From contig JBNMIE010000001.1 in the NCBI GenBank assembly GCA_050873125.1, forward strand, positions 17,878-81,877: 64,000 bases of DNA. The letters are read 5' to 3'. The notes beneath the pieces were generated by a model. That model was given only the letters and a program-made list of their open reading frames with translations. It did no database searches and was not told where the DNA came from. This DNA comes from Prevotella sp. Its GTDB lineage: Bacteria > Bacteroidota > Bacteroidia > Bacteroidales > Bacteroidaceae. This document shows positions 30,372-44,698 of the stretch, piece by piece. Position 1 is the stretch's first letter; each line of letters starts with the position of its first letter. The translations under genes and the position numbers were made by a program.

Positions 30372-31028
30372 TTATTCTATGGTAGAAATAGTCACATCAG
30401 AAAACTCATTCATATAGTCTATAAGTTTAAGCGTGTGATTGCCACGTTTAGCCTTAACCTCAATATTGGCCTCAAGGAATTCTTCTTTCGATGTGCGGCG
30501 GTCTTTCAGTTCATAGGATTGCACTTCCATGCCATCAAGTTTGATGCGCTTGATTAGTTCTTTCACCTTATCGCGCGATGGAGCTGAAAAAGAAAGGACA
30601 ATAGTAGTGTTACCCAATTGTGGAATAATGAAATTGAGCACCTCAAGACCTAAAAGCACCATTGCCGTAGTGACTGCGGCAGCCACATACATGCCCGTAC
30701 CGCAAGCCAATCCAATAGCTGCCGTCACCCATAATCCAGCAGCTGTGGTCAGTCCACGCACCATATTCTTCTGAAAGATAATCGTGCCCGCACCAAGAAA
30801 TCCAATACCAGACACTACCTGTGCCGCCACACGAGAGGAATCCTTCAGTTCAAACCCGAAACCAAACTGCGACACAAGGCAAAAGAGCGCACTGCCAAGA
30901 GCCACAAGAAAGTGAGTGCGAAAACCTGCCTCCTTGGCACGGTATTCACGCTCTATGCCGATGGCACCACCCAACACCAGGGCAAGAATCAGGCGAATGA
31001 TTAAATCAGTATAGGTCAAGTTCATCAT
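30372..31028 (-). CDS. MgtC/SapB family membrane protein
   Basis: IGIERE, AGFRTH, AQVVSGIGFLGAG and GLTTAA motifs. Confidence 0.93.
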   Translation of the reverse strand: MMNLTYTDLIIRLILALVLGGAIGIEREYRAKEAGFRTHFLVALGSALFCLVSQFGFGFELKDSSRVAAQVVSGIGFLGAGTIIFQKNMVRGLTTAAGLWVTAAIGLACGTGMYVAAAVTTAMVLLGLEVLNFIIPQLGNTTIVLSFSAPSRDKVKELIKRIKLDGMEVQSYELKDRRTSKEEFLEANIEVKAKRGNHTLKLIDYMNEFSDVTISTIE

Positions 31029-31077
31029 AATCCTCCTACTTTATGTTTGTAACAAAAACAAATTAAGTTTCAATTTA

Positions 31078-32052
31078 TCAAGACAGGATTCTCTTCCTGC
31101 CGAATATCCAAGGTGACAACCGCAAGACGTCGCACATATAGCCCACACCCAAACTGCCCAACACGGCAAAGAGCACAGAAAAGAACAAGAATGCCATGCC
31201 AGAGGAATCCAAGGAAAGAAGCACTGGCTGATACAACTTTGCCAAGATGGTGAACACCGGGGAGAAGACAAGCAAAAGCAGGGTGTGACGCCCTACATAG
31301 AGCACGCAACGACGCACATATCCTCTCCCAATATAAGGATAGACAGCAAGGCATAGACTCATCATCATATAGACCAGCAATGCACCAGAAGGTACAGATT
31401 TGTCGAAATTCGCAACATCGGAAGCCAACCACAAAACGACAGGCACCGACCACCACGAAGGGCGGAAAAACGACAGGAATGGTATGCCACACTGCCGAAT
31501 GACTACACCCGCAAGAAAATACATGCCATTGGCAAGGGAAATTACGCCCAACACATACGACAGCAAGCCATAGATCATACCCAACACGATGAAACGGGAA
31601 AGGCGAGACAAATGAGGTATACATGTAACTGCGTAAGCAGACAAGCCACACAGCACAAGCGTCTGAAGATACCAATATGGACCAAGGGGATGAAGCAGCA
31701 GATGGCTCAGAAAAACGCCACAAGACAAATGGTCGATATGCTCACGTATCGGCAACAAACTCGCGAACAAGATATAACCGGATTCTACCAGCATATAAGG
31801 AATAAAAATCCAGAACATGGAACGCAAGAATGACCTTGCCGGCTTGTCCACATTGAGCACGAAACCGGATATCAGCAAAAATGCCGGCATGTGAAAGGTA
31901 TAGACAAAGCGCTTGGCAACAGGATAGGTGTCACCAATATATACCAAATGGAAGGCTATCATCAAGAGGATGAAAACGAACTTGAGCCAGTCTATCTCAT
32001 CTATACGCTTATGCTTGGGAGAGAGTCCCATACTATCAATTGTTGTCATCAA
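31078..32052 (-). CDS. Acyltransferase family 3 (OafA-like) membrane protein
   Basis: RIDEIDWLK...H, FHMPAFLLISG and WYL motifs. Confidence 0.85.
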   Translation of the reverse strand: MMTTIDSMGLSPKHKRIDEIDWLKFVFILLMIAFHLVYIGDTYPVAKRFVYTFHMPAFLLISGFVLNVDKPARSFLRSMFWIFIPYMLVESGYILFASLLPIREHIDHLSCGVFLSHLLLHPLGPYWYLQTLVLCGLSAYAVTCIPHLSRLSRFIVLGMIYGLLSYVLGVISLANGMYFLAGVVIRQCGIPFLSFFRPSWWSVPVVLWLASDVANFDKSVPSGALLVYMMMSLCLAVYPYIGRGYVRRCVLYVGRHTLLLLVFSPVFTILAKLYQPVLLSLDSSGMAFLFFSVLFAVLGSLGVGYMCDVLRLSPWIFGRKRILS

Positions 32053-32167
32053 TATTTTTATTTAGACAACAAAGGTAAACACTTAAATGGTAACAAACAA
32101 GAAAGTGCGGGAATATCTTCCATCAAAGAGAGATATTCCCGCACTGGTATGTAGGAGGCGAAGAAGA

Positions 32168-33139
32168 TTAATTGTTAACCGATCCGCCAACGATATCCAA
32201 CAATTCACTTGTAATAGCCTGCTGACGACTCTTGTTGTACTGCAAATTGAGTTCACGCAAAAGTTCGTCGGCATTGTCCGTGGCTGTCTGCATGGCAACC
32301 ATACGGGCAGCGTGCTCACTGGCAATGCTGTCAAGAAGAGCTGTGTAAAGCATCAACTTGAGCTCCTGAGGTATCAACTCCTCAAGTACAGTAGCGAGGT
32401 CTGGCTCTACGATAAAGTCATCATTGAGAGGCTTGATATCCTCCTCACCACCATTGCTTCCATTAGCGCCATGCTTCCGCAAGTATTCCTGCGCCTTTTC
32501 TGTAGCTACAGTAGAAGTGAGATCCCGCTCATTGTCCGACATGAAATCAGAAGTGACATCAATCGGAAGGAATGTACGGCGAGTGAGGACTTGTGATCCC
32601 GCACTCTTGAAATGATGATAGATGAGCTCTACCTTATCCAAATCGCCTGCGATGTATTTCTCGCAAAGCTCCTCTGCAATCTGCTGACACTGGGCAGCAT
32701 TGGGTTTGTCAACCAAATCAATGAAATCACCGCCAACAGTCACATTCAGCTTGGCTACCGCCTCAGCCACCTTACGGCCAATGGGATAGACCACCACGCC
32801 ATCGGGACCGAGATCTTTGTAATCGGCTATAGCATGGTTCATCATCTTGATGACATTGGCATTGAAGCCACCGCAAAGACTGCTGTTGCTGGAATAAACA
32901 ACCAACGCAACACGCTTCACTTTCGCATGCTCCACATTCAGAGGAGTGCGGATGTCGGGCATGGCAGCCAGGAATGATTTAAGAATATGTTCGAGCATAT
33001 TCTCGTATGGCAACATGTTGCCAATCATCACCTGGGCATGATGCAACTTGGATGAAGCCACCATCTTCATGGCACTCGTGATTTTACGGGTGCTGTTGAC
33101 GGATGCTATACGATTTTTTATCTCCTTTAATGACGGCAT
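32168..33139 (-). CDS. atpG: F0F1 ATP synthase gamma subunit (with insertion)
   Basis: KITSAMKMV, SEHAARM and YNKSRQQAIT motifs. Confidence 0.97.
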   Translation of the reverse strand: MPSLKEIKNRIASVNSTRKITSAMKMVASSKLHHAQVMIGNMLPYENMLEHILKSFLAAMPDIRTPLNVEHAKVKRVALVVYSSNSSLCGGFNANVIKMMNHAIADYKDLGPDGVVVYPIGRKVAEAVAKLNVTVGGDFIDLVDKPNAAQCQQIAEELCEKYIAGDLDKVELIYHHFKSAGSQVLTRRTFLPIDVTSDFMSDNERDLTSTVATEKAQEYLRKHGANGSNGGEEDIKPLNDDFIVEPDLATVLEELIPQELKLMLYTALLDSIASEHAARMVAMQTATDNADELLRELNLQYNKSRQQAITSELLDIVGGSVNN

Positions 33140-33145
33140 AAGCTA

Positions 33146-34729
<1,584 letters not shown>

Positions 34730-34790
34730 TATTCAATTCTCAATCTTCGTCTACAGTGTCTGGCACTATAGACTTCGTTATTAAAATGTT

Positions 34791-35330
34791 TTAGCGTTTT
34801 AACTGTGTCAGAATGTTGCGGAGTTGTGTTTGCACACTCGCATCCATTCTGTAGGTTCCGTATTCAAGGATAAAACCGCCGATAATATCGGGATCCACCT
34901 CTGTTTGAAATTCCACAGTACCTTGAGTTTTTCTCTCCACCATCTGTCGCATCTTTTCTTCCGTTGTAGAAGAAACGGCAGTAGCGGTGATGAGTCTACC
35001 GCGGGTGATATTCTTCTGTTTTCGATACAGAGTGACATAAGAGTTTGCCATGAATTGCATGACTTTCTCCCTACCCTCTTTGAGGACAAGAGAGATGAAC
35101 TTGGCAGTAAGCTTGCTCACCTCCTTGCCCCCGCAAGCCGCAAGAAGAATCTCTTCTTTTCGGCTTTTGGCGAGCATTGGATTGTCTATCGTGAATCGCA
35201 GCTCGGGAACGCGGATGTAGCTCTGTGCCAAAGCCTGCATCTCGTTATACACCTGCTCATCGAGTCCTGACTCGGTAGCGCTCTTAAGAAGAGCACGGGC
35301 GTATCTTACCGAAATTACTCCGATTTCCAT
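34791..35330 (-). CDS. atpH: ATP synthase delta subunit
   Basis: RYARAL, DPDIIGG and MDASV motifs. Confidence 0.93.
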   Translation of the reverse strand: MEIGVISVRYARALLKSATESGLDEQVYNEMQALAQSYIRVPELRFTIDNPMLAKSRKEEILLAACGGKEVSKLTAKFISLVLKEGREKVMQFMANSYVTLYRKQKNITRGRLITATAVSSTTEEKMRQMVERKTQGTVEFQTEVDPDIIGGFILEYGTYRMDASVQTQLRNILTQLKR

Positions 35331-35333
35331 AGC

Positions 35334-35840
35334 TTACTTGTTTTTATCGTCAACAGAAACCTCATCCAGCAGTCTATCGATCATTTCCATCTGCTTACTA
35401 TCAGAAGAGAGATTTTCACGAAGCACCTTCTCGGCAATCTTGACCGAGAGCTCAGCTACCTGTGCACGGATTTCACCAATGGCACGATGCTTCTCACTTT
35501 CAATCTGAGCCTTGGCTTCAGTGAGCAGTCGAGCACCCTCGTCACGGGCCTTGTCCTGTGCTTTCTCAACAATAGCGTCACGCGTGTCAGTAGCCTCTTT
35601 CAATATAGCTGCCTGCTTTTCACGCGCTTCCTGCAGAATGGATTCACTTTCTTTACGGATATTGGCAAGCTTTTCGTTGGCTTCATGTGCTTTCTGCAGG
35701 CTCTCATCGATGTAGCGTTTTCTGTCTTCCACCATCTTGACGATGGAAGGGAAACCCCACTTCCAAAGGATGAAGAGCACCACGAAGAACACGAGGGCCA
35801 TCCAGAAAAGTAGACCAGTATCAGGAATCAATAAATCCAT
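35334..35840 (-). CDS. atpF: ATP synthase b subunit
   Basis: N-terminal TM followed by coiled coil; operon position. Confidence 0.93.
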   Translation of the reverse strand: MDLLIPDTGLLFWMALVFFVVLFILWKWGFPSIVKMVEDRKRYIDESLQKAHEANEKLANIRKESESILQEAREKQAAILKEATDTRDAIVEKAQDKARDEGARLLTEAKAQIESEKHRAIGEIRAQVAELSVKIAEKVLRENLSSDSKQMEMIDRLLDEVSVDDKNK

Positions 35841-35880
35841 AGCTGTGAATTAGTTTATATACTTATCTCTTTTTGTCGTA

Positions 35881-36135
<255 letters not shown>

Positions 36136-36172
36136 TTAAGTTATTTTTCTTGTTTACTATTTACTTTTTGTT

Positions 36173-37246
36173 TTATGCCTCATGTGGTTTCACGTGAGCC
36201 ATGGAAATGAACGCTGCACTCAGCATGGTGAACACCATAGCCTGAATGAAGCATACGAGCACTTCGAGGAGCATCATGAAAATGCTCATCAGAACACTGA
36301 CAACTGTCATCGCGGACCCCATGCCAACACCCACACCAAACATGATGAAGATGATACATGCGAAAGAAAGCGCAATGGCGTGTCCAGCCATCATGTTGGC
36401 GAAGAGACGGATGGTCAATGCCAACGGCTTTGTAAAGATACCAAACAATTCGAGGAACGGCATCAACGGCACCGGAACCTTCAACCACGTAGGCACATCA
36501 GGCCAGAAGATTTCCTTCCAGTATTCCTTCGTACCTGTAAGGTTGGTAATCAGGAATGTGCAAAGTGACAAGAAGAAGGTACAGGCGATATTGCCTGTCA
36601 AGTTACCGCCACCAGGAGGGAACGGAACGACACCCATGATGTTGGCTACAAAGATGAAGAAGAAACAAGTGAGCAAATAGGGAGCATACTTGTCTGCCTC
36701 TTTGCCCAAGGCCGGTTTCACGATTTCATCGTAGACATACATCACAAACATGTGCACCAGTCCTGTGAATCCCTTTGGAGCCGGGTCTTCTGGCTTGTGC
36801 TTGCGACACCATCTCGCAGGAATCAATATGCAAAGCAACAAGATAATCGCATCAATGAACAGGACAGCCACAGTCTTTGTGATGGAGATGTCCAACGGGC
36901 GAACCTCTTGTCCATTCACCATCTCACAAATTTTGTTGGCATGTGCCTGACTGCCGGAGATGTAAAGTCCGTAAGGACCGGGGCGATTGCCCTTGGCATC
37001 CTTCTCCTCAGCAAAAGCCGAACTGGAGAACACATGCCAACCTGTGGAACTTTTCACTATGACCGGCAGACTGATTACGATTGGCTTGTCACCGATATTG
37101 GTTACATGCCATTCATAAGAATCTTTGATATGACCCCACAATATGCCCGGAAAATCAATGCTACTTTTTTGCTGTTCGGCAGCCGGCATAGGCACCACCG
37201 CAAAAAGCAACATCAACATCAGGAACAAATGTCTTAGTCTTGTCAT
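36173..37246 (-). CDS. atpB: ATP synthase a subunit
   Basis: KPLALTIRLFANMMAGH and IQAMVF motifs. Confidence 0.95.
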   Translation of the reverse strand: MTRLRHLFLMLMLLFAVVPMPAAEQQKSSIDFPGILWGHIKDSYEWHVTNIGDKPIVISLPVIVKSSTGWHVFSSSAFAEEKDAKGNRPGPYGLYISGSQAHANKICEMVNGQEVRPLDISITKTVAVLFIDAIILLLCILIPARWCRKHKPEDPAPKGFTGLVHMFVMYVYDEIVKPALGKEADKYAPYLLTCFFFIFVANIMGVVPFPPGGGNLTGNIACTFFLSLCTFLITNLTGTKEYWKEIFWPDVPTWLKVPVPLMPFLELFGIFTKPLALTIRLFANMMAGHAIALSFACIIFIMFGVGVGMGSAMTVVSVLMSIFMMLLEVLVCFIQAMVFTMLSAAFISMAHVKPHEA

Positions 37247-37247
37247 A

Positions 37248-37664
37248 TTAGTTTTCTTTTTTAATTGTTTTTTCCAATCTTGTGAAATATAGTACGTTGT
37301 AGACCAACATCACAATGTAGAACACGAGGAAGTAGACAATGAATCGCAAGATGGCATCAAACTGCCGCACTACGAAACTGTATACTACAACCACCAACAA
37401 AGCGGACATCATGCGCAAGGCTGAACTTGCCATGTAAAACTTGACAAGACTGTTGGGAGAAGATTTCGCCACTCCCTTCCAACAAGCGCCATAGGCAAAG
37501 AGCACCACCAAAGTGTAAATCGTAGAGATAATCAAATCCCATTGTACGAAAATTCCACTCAACCGGTCATAGACCATGCCGACCACAAACAATGCTGCAG
37601 TCAGCCAAAGTCCCCATTTGGTGTATCTGGCCTTGATGCCGTCTATGTTATTTGTATTCATCAT
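37248..37664 (-). CDS. Four-TM membrane protein in the atp operon (AtpI-like)
   Basis: Hydrophobic 138-aa ORF directly upstream of atpB. Confidence 0.7.
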   Translation of the reverse strand: MMNTNNIDGIKARYTKWGLWLTAALFVVGMVYDRLSGIFVQWDLIISTIYTLVVLFAYGACWKGVAKSSPNSLVKFYMASSALRMMSALLVVVVYSFVVRQFDAILRFIVYFLVFYIVMLVYNVLYFTRLEKTIKKEN

Positions 37665-37669
37665 CTTTA

Positions 37670-37918
37670 CTATACTTCAACGCAAAGGTTCACGTCGTTT
37701 TTCTGAACTTCCACAAAGCCTGCCTTGATAGCGAGCTGGCTTTTGTTACCACCTGAAACGTATTCCACCATTCCTGCTTGCAAAGTAGAAATGATTGGAG
37801 CATGATCTTTGAGAATTTCAAAAGCGCCCTTTGTGCCAGGCACTGTCACACTCTCAACCGCTCCGGTGAACACAACTTTCTCAGGTGAAACTATTTTTAA
37901 TCTCAAACCCATAGTCAT
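37670..37918 (-). CDS. atpC: ATP synthase epsilon subunit (beta-sandwich domain only)
   Basis: IVSPE, PGTKGAFEILKDHAP and GFVEV motifs. Confidence 0.93.
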   Translation of the reverse strand: MTMGLRLKIVSPEKVVFTGAVESVTVPGTKGAFEILKDHAPIISTLQAGMVEYVSGGNKSQLAIKAGFVEVQKNDVNLCVEV

Positions 37919-37939
37919 TCAGTTTTACGAGTTACGGGA

Positions 37940-39472
<1,533 letters not shown>

Positions 39473-39612
39473 CTATAAGATTTATGTGTTGGTTTAACTT
39501 ATTTCTTTAAATTCGCACAAAAGTACTAAATATATTATTATAGGACAAATATGAACACTGATATGTTCCCGTTTTGAACATAATTTAATACATATTGCCT
39601 AAACATTTCATC

Positions 39613-40590
39613 TTAGATACTCAGTTCGTCAAGCACCGTAATGAGTTTCTTGTCGAATGGTTTGTCTGAACGGATAGCCTCGCTCAGTGGCACATAGACA
39701 ATCTCATTGTTGCGGATACCAACCATCACATTGCGCTGTCCCTGCATGATGGCCTCAATAGCGCCCACTCCCGTACGGGATGCAAGGATACGGTCATGTG
39801 CTGACGGACGACCTCCACGCTGCAAGTGACCGAGGATGGACACACGCACATCGTAATCGGGGAACTCTTTGCGCACACGGTCGGCATAGTAGAGAGCGCC
39901 GCATTTCGGACTTTCCGACACGATGACGATACAGCTTTTCTTTGACTTGCGGATACCACGTTCCATGAAACGGGCCAACTGGTCAACATCTGTACTGTCC
40001 TCCGGGATGATGGCAGCCTCAGCACCTGAGGCAATCGCACTATTCTGGGCAAGGAAGCCCGCATCACGGCCCATCACCTCGACAAAGAAGATACGCTCAT
40101 GGCTCTGCGCCGTATCACGTATTCTGTCGACACACTCAACGATTGTGTTCATGGTCGTGTCATAACCAATGGTGGAGTCGGTGCCATAGAGGTCGTTGTC
40201 GATAGTTCCAGGCAAACCGATGCAGCACACGTCGTATTTCATGGCGAACTTCATCGCACCTGTCAGAGAACCATTACCGCCAATGACCACAAGCGCATCG
40301 ATTCCCTCTTTCTGCAGGTTGGCGTACGCCTTGTCCTGACCTTCCTCGGTCATGAATTCTTTGGATCGCGCTGTCTTGAGGATGGTTCCTCCCGACATGA
40401 TGATACCACTCACATTCTCTGTGGTGAAGGGCTTTATTTCATCATTGATAAGGCCGTCATAACCTCTGTATACGCCTTTTATGTTGAATCCATTGCAAAT
40501 ACCGGCACGTGTCACTGCACGTATAGCCGCATTCATACCCGGAGCATCGCCTCCGGAAGTCAATACTCCAATTGTCTTAATCTTTGCCAT
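39613..40590 (-). CDS. pfkA: ATP-dependent 6-phosphofructokinase
   Basis: [28 protein letters not shown] and LGHLQRGG motifs. Confidence 0.96.
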   Translation of the reverse strand: MAKIKTIGVLTSGGDAPGMNAAIRAVTRAGICNGFNIKGVYRGYDGLINDEIKPFTTENVSGIIMSGGTILKTARSKEFMTEEGQDKAYANLQKEGIDALVVIGGNGSLTGAMKFAMKYDVCCIGLPGTIDNDLYGTDSTIGYDTTMNTIVECVDRIRDTAQSHERIFFVEVMGRDAGFLAQNSAIASGAEAAIIPEDSTDVDQLARFMERGIRKSKKSCIVIVSESPKCGALYYADRVRKEFPDYDVRVSILGHLQRGGRPSAHDRILASRTGVGAIEAIMQGQRNVMVGIRNNEIVYVPLSEAIRSDKPFDKKLITVLDELSI

Positions 40591-40623
40591 AACTTTGAAG
40601 TCTTTTAATACCTATTTATATAA

Positions 40624-42015
40624 CTACATATTTATCGTCAACCAAAGTGCCGCCAATCCGAGGACACCGCCCGTCAAGGCATGCCATCCCACGTGGCGGA
40701 GATACCACCAAAGGTTCATCCTTTCCATCTTCATCAGTGCCAATCCGCTCATCGATCCAATAAGCATCACATTGCCGCCCATGGCAGAACAGTAGGCGAT
40801 GATCTTCCAATAAGCGCCATTCTGAACGAACTGTTGCATGTAATCACTCATGTAGCGCGTCATATCTACCACTGGATAGATGGAAATAAAACTGAGCGAG
40901 GTGGCGAAATTGTCAAGCACGGAGCTTACCACTCCCGCCATAGTTCCCAATGCCCAAACGTTGTGGATATTGCGCTCGACAAATGTGCTGACCGTGCGCA
41001 TGGCTCCCGTCTCACAAAAGACGCCGATGGCAAGCATCATACCCATTACGAAGAGCATCATCTGAATCACACCATATTGCAACACCCGGGGCACACGACG
41101 CTGTATCATCTGCTCGGTGTTCATCAGTTTGCGATTGAAAACCTCATTGACCACCCACAATACGGACAACACGCAGAGCGCACCAAGGAAGGGACTCAAC
41201 TTTGTGATATTGTGGAAAGTAGGGATAAACCACAATCCGCCAATACCGACAAAGAGCATCAGCAACCTTTGCCACACGTTGAGTCGGGTGTCATCTCCCC
41301 GATAAGGCATCACAATCCATTCTGTATCCACCTGTTCCGGCAATGCCCTTCCAATAAAATAGGTAGGCACAGCCCATGCCAGCAGGCACGGGATGATGAG
41401 CGAAAGGGAGAAATTGGTTGCCGTGACAGCTCCCATATTCCAAAGCACTAAACCTGTCGGATCACCGATAACGGTGAGCGCTCCGCCACAATTGGCGGCA
41501 AGCAACACCGCACAACCATAATACAGACGTTGTCTGTGGTTGGGAACAATGGAATGCATGATGGTGAGCATCATCACCGTGGTGGTAATATTGTCAAGAT
41601 TGGCAGAGATGATGAAGGTCACCACCGCCAACGTCCACAACAATTTCTGACTGTTGCGGGTCCGCATCAGCTGCGAGATGAAATCAAAACACCCGTTGTT
41701 GTTGAGTATTTCGACAATGGTCATCGTGCCCAAAAGGAAGAGGACAATCTCTGAAGCTTTGCCTACATAGGCCAAGAAGACATTCTGGGCGATAAACTGC
41801 TTCACGTTGGAGCTGGAAGGTTCCATGCCATTGAGGAAAACGAAATACTCGGAACTGTGCATATTCATAACGAAATCTGTACCATAACAGATGTAGAGCA
41901 CCCAACCAACTGTTCCTGCGAACATTGCCACTGCGGCTTTGTTCACGTTGGTGATGCTCTCCGTCGCTATCAAAAGATAGCTCAAGAGCAAGATTGCTAC
42001 AATTATTAATGTCAT
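40624..42015 (-). CDS. nhaD: Na+/H+ antiporter, NhaD family
   Basis: LDNITT, AANCGGA..IGDPT, VLDN and GGN..IGS motifs; ATG at 42015. Confidence 0.85.
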   Translation of the reverse strand: MTLIIVAILLLSYLLIATESITNVNKAAVAMFAGTVGWVLYICYGTDFVMNMHSSEYFVFLNGMEPSSSNVKQFIAQNVFLAYVGKASEIVLFLLGTMTIVEILNNNGCFDFISQLMRTRNSQKLLWTLAVVTFIISANLDNITTTVMMLTIMHSIVPNHRQRLYYGCAVLLAANCGGALTVIGDPTGLVLWNMGAVTATNFSLSLIIPCLLAWAVPTYFIGRALPEQVDTEWIVMPYRGDDTRLNVWQRLLMLFVGIGGLWFIPTFHNITKLSPFLGALCVLSVLWVVNEVFNRKLMNTEQMIQRRVPRVLQYGVIQMMLFVMGMMLAIGVFCETGAMRTVSTFVERNIHNVWALGTMAGVVSSVLDNFATSLSFISIYPVVDMTRYMSDYMQQFVQNGAYWKIIAYCSAMGGNVMLIGSMSGLALMKMERMNLWWYLRHVGWHALTGGVLGLAALWLTINM

Positions 42016-42119
42016 GTCGTTATGAATTATCCACCGCAAAAGTACGAATTAATTTGGACACTCAAAACTTTGAACAAGTTTTTTATCCACGTTTAACATG
42101 AATTTAATCGAGAACAAGA

Positions 42120-43613
42120 CTATTTTCTTCTAAATTTCTTTCTCAAAGAAGCACTTAGATTAGTTTTGTTGCGTAAAGCGCGCAAGGTCACAAAAGCGCT
42201 CACCAAAAAGAGGATTGTTCCTGCGAGCCAGTGTGTCCATCCCGAAAGCCACGCAGCGCCATAGGTGAAAATGGCAATCGCCAGTTCCGCACAGAGATAG
42301 CGCATCACATTGAAATCAATATGGAAATGATAACGCCATCGGGTATAAAAAGTTAGCATCAGGAAGTCCAAAATAGCCACTACAAGTATGGCACCACCGG
42401 TTCCATTCAGTCCCCACAACCGGTAACCTCCCGTAACAAGCGCCACAAACACCACGGCATAGATACCTTCCAGCAGCAAGAAGGAGCGGGAATCGCCCTT
42501 GGCCAAAGCCAAATAGGATATGGGGAGTTTTACGGCACGGAAATAGAGGGCCACAACCACCAGCTGTACCATGCCGAGTATAGGGGTAAACTTGTCGGAG
42601 AAGAGCAGCGGCAACAAGACCGGCAACAGCACACTGAAGCACACCAACATCGGAGAAAGCAGCAACAGTGACACTTCCATCTGCCTGTTCATGGTCTCGT
42701 TCATACGGTCTTCATCCGCACAACAACCCGAAAGACGCGGATAGTAGTCGGTCTCCATCGCCGAGAAGACCATGCCGCCATAGGTCATCGTCATCAGATA
42801 GCCGGCATTAAACAGACCTACATCCGTGGTTGAGCCTTGCATATTGAGAAAAATCCTTATCAAATAGTCGGCACCACTGCCACACAAGGCGGCAAGAACA
42901 AAGGCCACACCAAGTCGCACCATCGGTACACCTTCCCCCAAGAACCTGCGCATGGTGGAAAGGTTGCAAGTGAAATGCCATGGGCAGGCACGAACTGAAA
43001 AACAAAACGTGAACACCGTTTGGAGCACAGCCACCGCAAGCAAAGCACAGACAATGCCCCGAATGCCCCATATCCAATAGATAGGCACAGTAGACAGAAG
43101 TGCGCCCAACACGTTGAGCAGAGTGATATAGGCGAGTGCACCCAACCGGTGCATTCCTTTAAGCACTGCCAACTCTCCGCTCACCAACGTGGCAAGTCCC
43201 ACAACAGGAGCAAGAAGCATGAAATCGACAGTGTATTCAGAGGAAGAAAAAGCGCATCTGCTGAGACAACCGCTCAGCGCCAAGCACAGAACCACACCCA
43301 TGACCGCAGCCATCACACTCCATGTTCGAACCACAGCCACACCATGACGCAAGCGACACAGACTGCCCGTCTCCTGGGCGATGGAAATGTTGCGCACAGC
43401 GCTGGTGGATATGCCCAATCCTGTAGCATCGGTCAGCATTTTGATCGAGGCATTATAAAGTCCAACAATACCCATGCCTTCCGGTCCCAACAGCACGGCA
43501 ACAAACTTGTTGCGCACCAATGAGACCAAAAGACTCAAACCTTGAACACCACCGAACACGCCCGTGTATTTCAAGATATGGCCATAGCTGTTCTGTCCTT
43601 TTGATTGCGTCAT
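42120..43613 (-). CDS. Wzx-type oligosaccharide flippase
   Basis: Multi-TM; LLGPEGMG and DYYPRLS motifs; divergent from the GT2 genes. Confidence 0.88.
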   Translation of the reverse strand: MTQSKGQNSYGHILKYTGVFGGVQGLSLLVSLVRNKFVAVLLGPEGMGIVGLYNASIKMLTDATGLGISTSAVRNISIAQETGSLCRLRHGVAVVRTWSVMAAVMGVVLCLALSGCLSRCAFSSSEYTVDFMLLAPVVGLATLVSGELAVLKGMHRLGALAYITLLNVLGALLSTVPIYWIWGIRGIVCALLAVAVLQTVFTFCFSVRACPWHFTCNLSTMRRFLGEGVPMVRLGVAFVLAALCGSGADYLIRIFLNMQGSTTDVGLFNAGYLMTMTYGGMVFSAMETDYYPRLSGCCADEDRMNETMNRQMEVSLLLLSPMLVCFSVLLPVLLPLLFSDKFTPILGMVQLVVVALYFRAVKLPISYLALAKGDSRSFLLLEGIYAVVFVALVTGGYRLWGLNGTGGAILVVAILDFLMLTFYTRWRYHFHIDFNVMRYLCAELAIAIFTYGAAWLSGWTHWLAGTILFLVSAFVTLRALRNKTNLSASLRKKFRRK

Positions 43614-43708
43614 CTTTCATATGTAACGGATTGACAACAGATAATATTGTACAAGTTTTTCGTTTTTTATTTTGCCATGCGAACAAATAGCCGTACCTTT
43701 GCCTGTGT

Positions 43709-44689
43709 ATGAAAGACTTGGCAAACAAGAATACAGAGCAGACTCCACTGGTGAGTTTCATTGTCACCTATCACAATGAACCCGTTGATTTTCTACGAGA
43801 GTGCTTGGAAAGCATCCTCGCATTGTCCCTGTCGGAAACAGAGCGCGAAATTGTGCTCGTTGACGACGGTTCTGATTTGTGTCCGCTCAATGCGCTGAGC
43901 GATATCAATGACAAGTTGCTTTACGTCCGCAAGCGCAATGGTGGTGTGAGTGTTGCCCGCAACCTCGGACTGCAAGCTTGCTCCGGCCAATTTGTACAGT
44001 TTGTCGATGCAGATGACAAGCTCATCCGCAACACCTACGAGCACAATCTTGACCTTGTGCGCTACCACAATCCTGACATCGTACTCTTCCAAGCCACCAC
44101 ACACGAAGAGGCTGACACGCCCTTTTTCCTACCCACCGCAGAGACTGGCACTGAATACCTCAAGCACCATAATCTCAGAGGTTCTGCTTGTTCTTGCATT
44201 TTCCGTAGAGAAAAGCTCATGGGATTGCGATTCACTCCCGGGGTGAAATATGGAGAAGACGAGGAGTTCACAGCCCAACTCATGCTCCGTTGCGACCGGG
44301 TGCTCGACACGGGAGACAGAGCCTACTTCTACCGCAACAATTCTTCTTCCACGACCAACCGCAAGGACAAACGCAGCATTGCGGAAAGGCTGAATGACAC
44401 TGAAGCTGTCATCTTCCGACTGCAAGACAAGGGAGCCTTGCTGCCTGAAATGGAAAGGTTGGCTCTCCAACGGCGCATCGACCAACTGTCCATGGACTAT
44501 ATCTACAACACCATCCGGTTGACCCATGATTGGAAAAACCTGCAGTCGCGTCTCTCCCGACTTTACAATCGCGGCCTCTACCCCCTCCCATTGCAGCGCT
44601 ATTCCAAGAAATATTACGTTTTTGCCCGCATGTCCGCCTCAAAGCTCGGTCTGCGGATTCTCTTTGGAGCCATTTTGGCAAAAGGATAA
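43709..44689 (+). CDS. Glycosyltransferase family 2
   Basis: VDDGSD, NGGVSVARN, FVDADD and GED motifs. Confidence 0.93.
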   Translation: MKDLANKNTEQTPLVSFIVTYHNEPVDFLRECLESILALSLSETEREIVLVDDGSDLCPLNALSDINDKLLYVRKRNGGVSVARNLGLQACSGQFVQFVDADDKLIRNTYEHNLDLVRYHNPDIVLFQATTHEEADTPFFLPTAETGTEYLKHHNLRGSACSCIFRREKLMGLRFTPGVKYGEDEEFTAQLMLRCDRVLDTGDRAYFYRNNSSSTTNRKDKRSIAERLNDTEAVIFRLQDKGALLPEMERLALQRRIDQLSMDYIYNTIRLTHDWKNLQSRLSRLYNRGLYPLPLQRYSKKYYVFARMSASKLGLRILFGAILAKG

Positions 44690-44698
44690 ACTGAATCT

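Noticed and set aside
39564-39580. TGTTC-N7-GAACA palindrome upstream of atpD as another WYL-type site
   Set aside because: The spacing is 2 bp shorter than the 19-bp motif and could be chance
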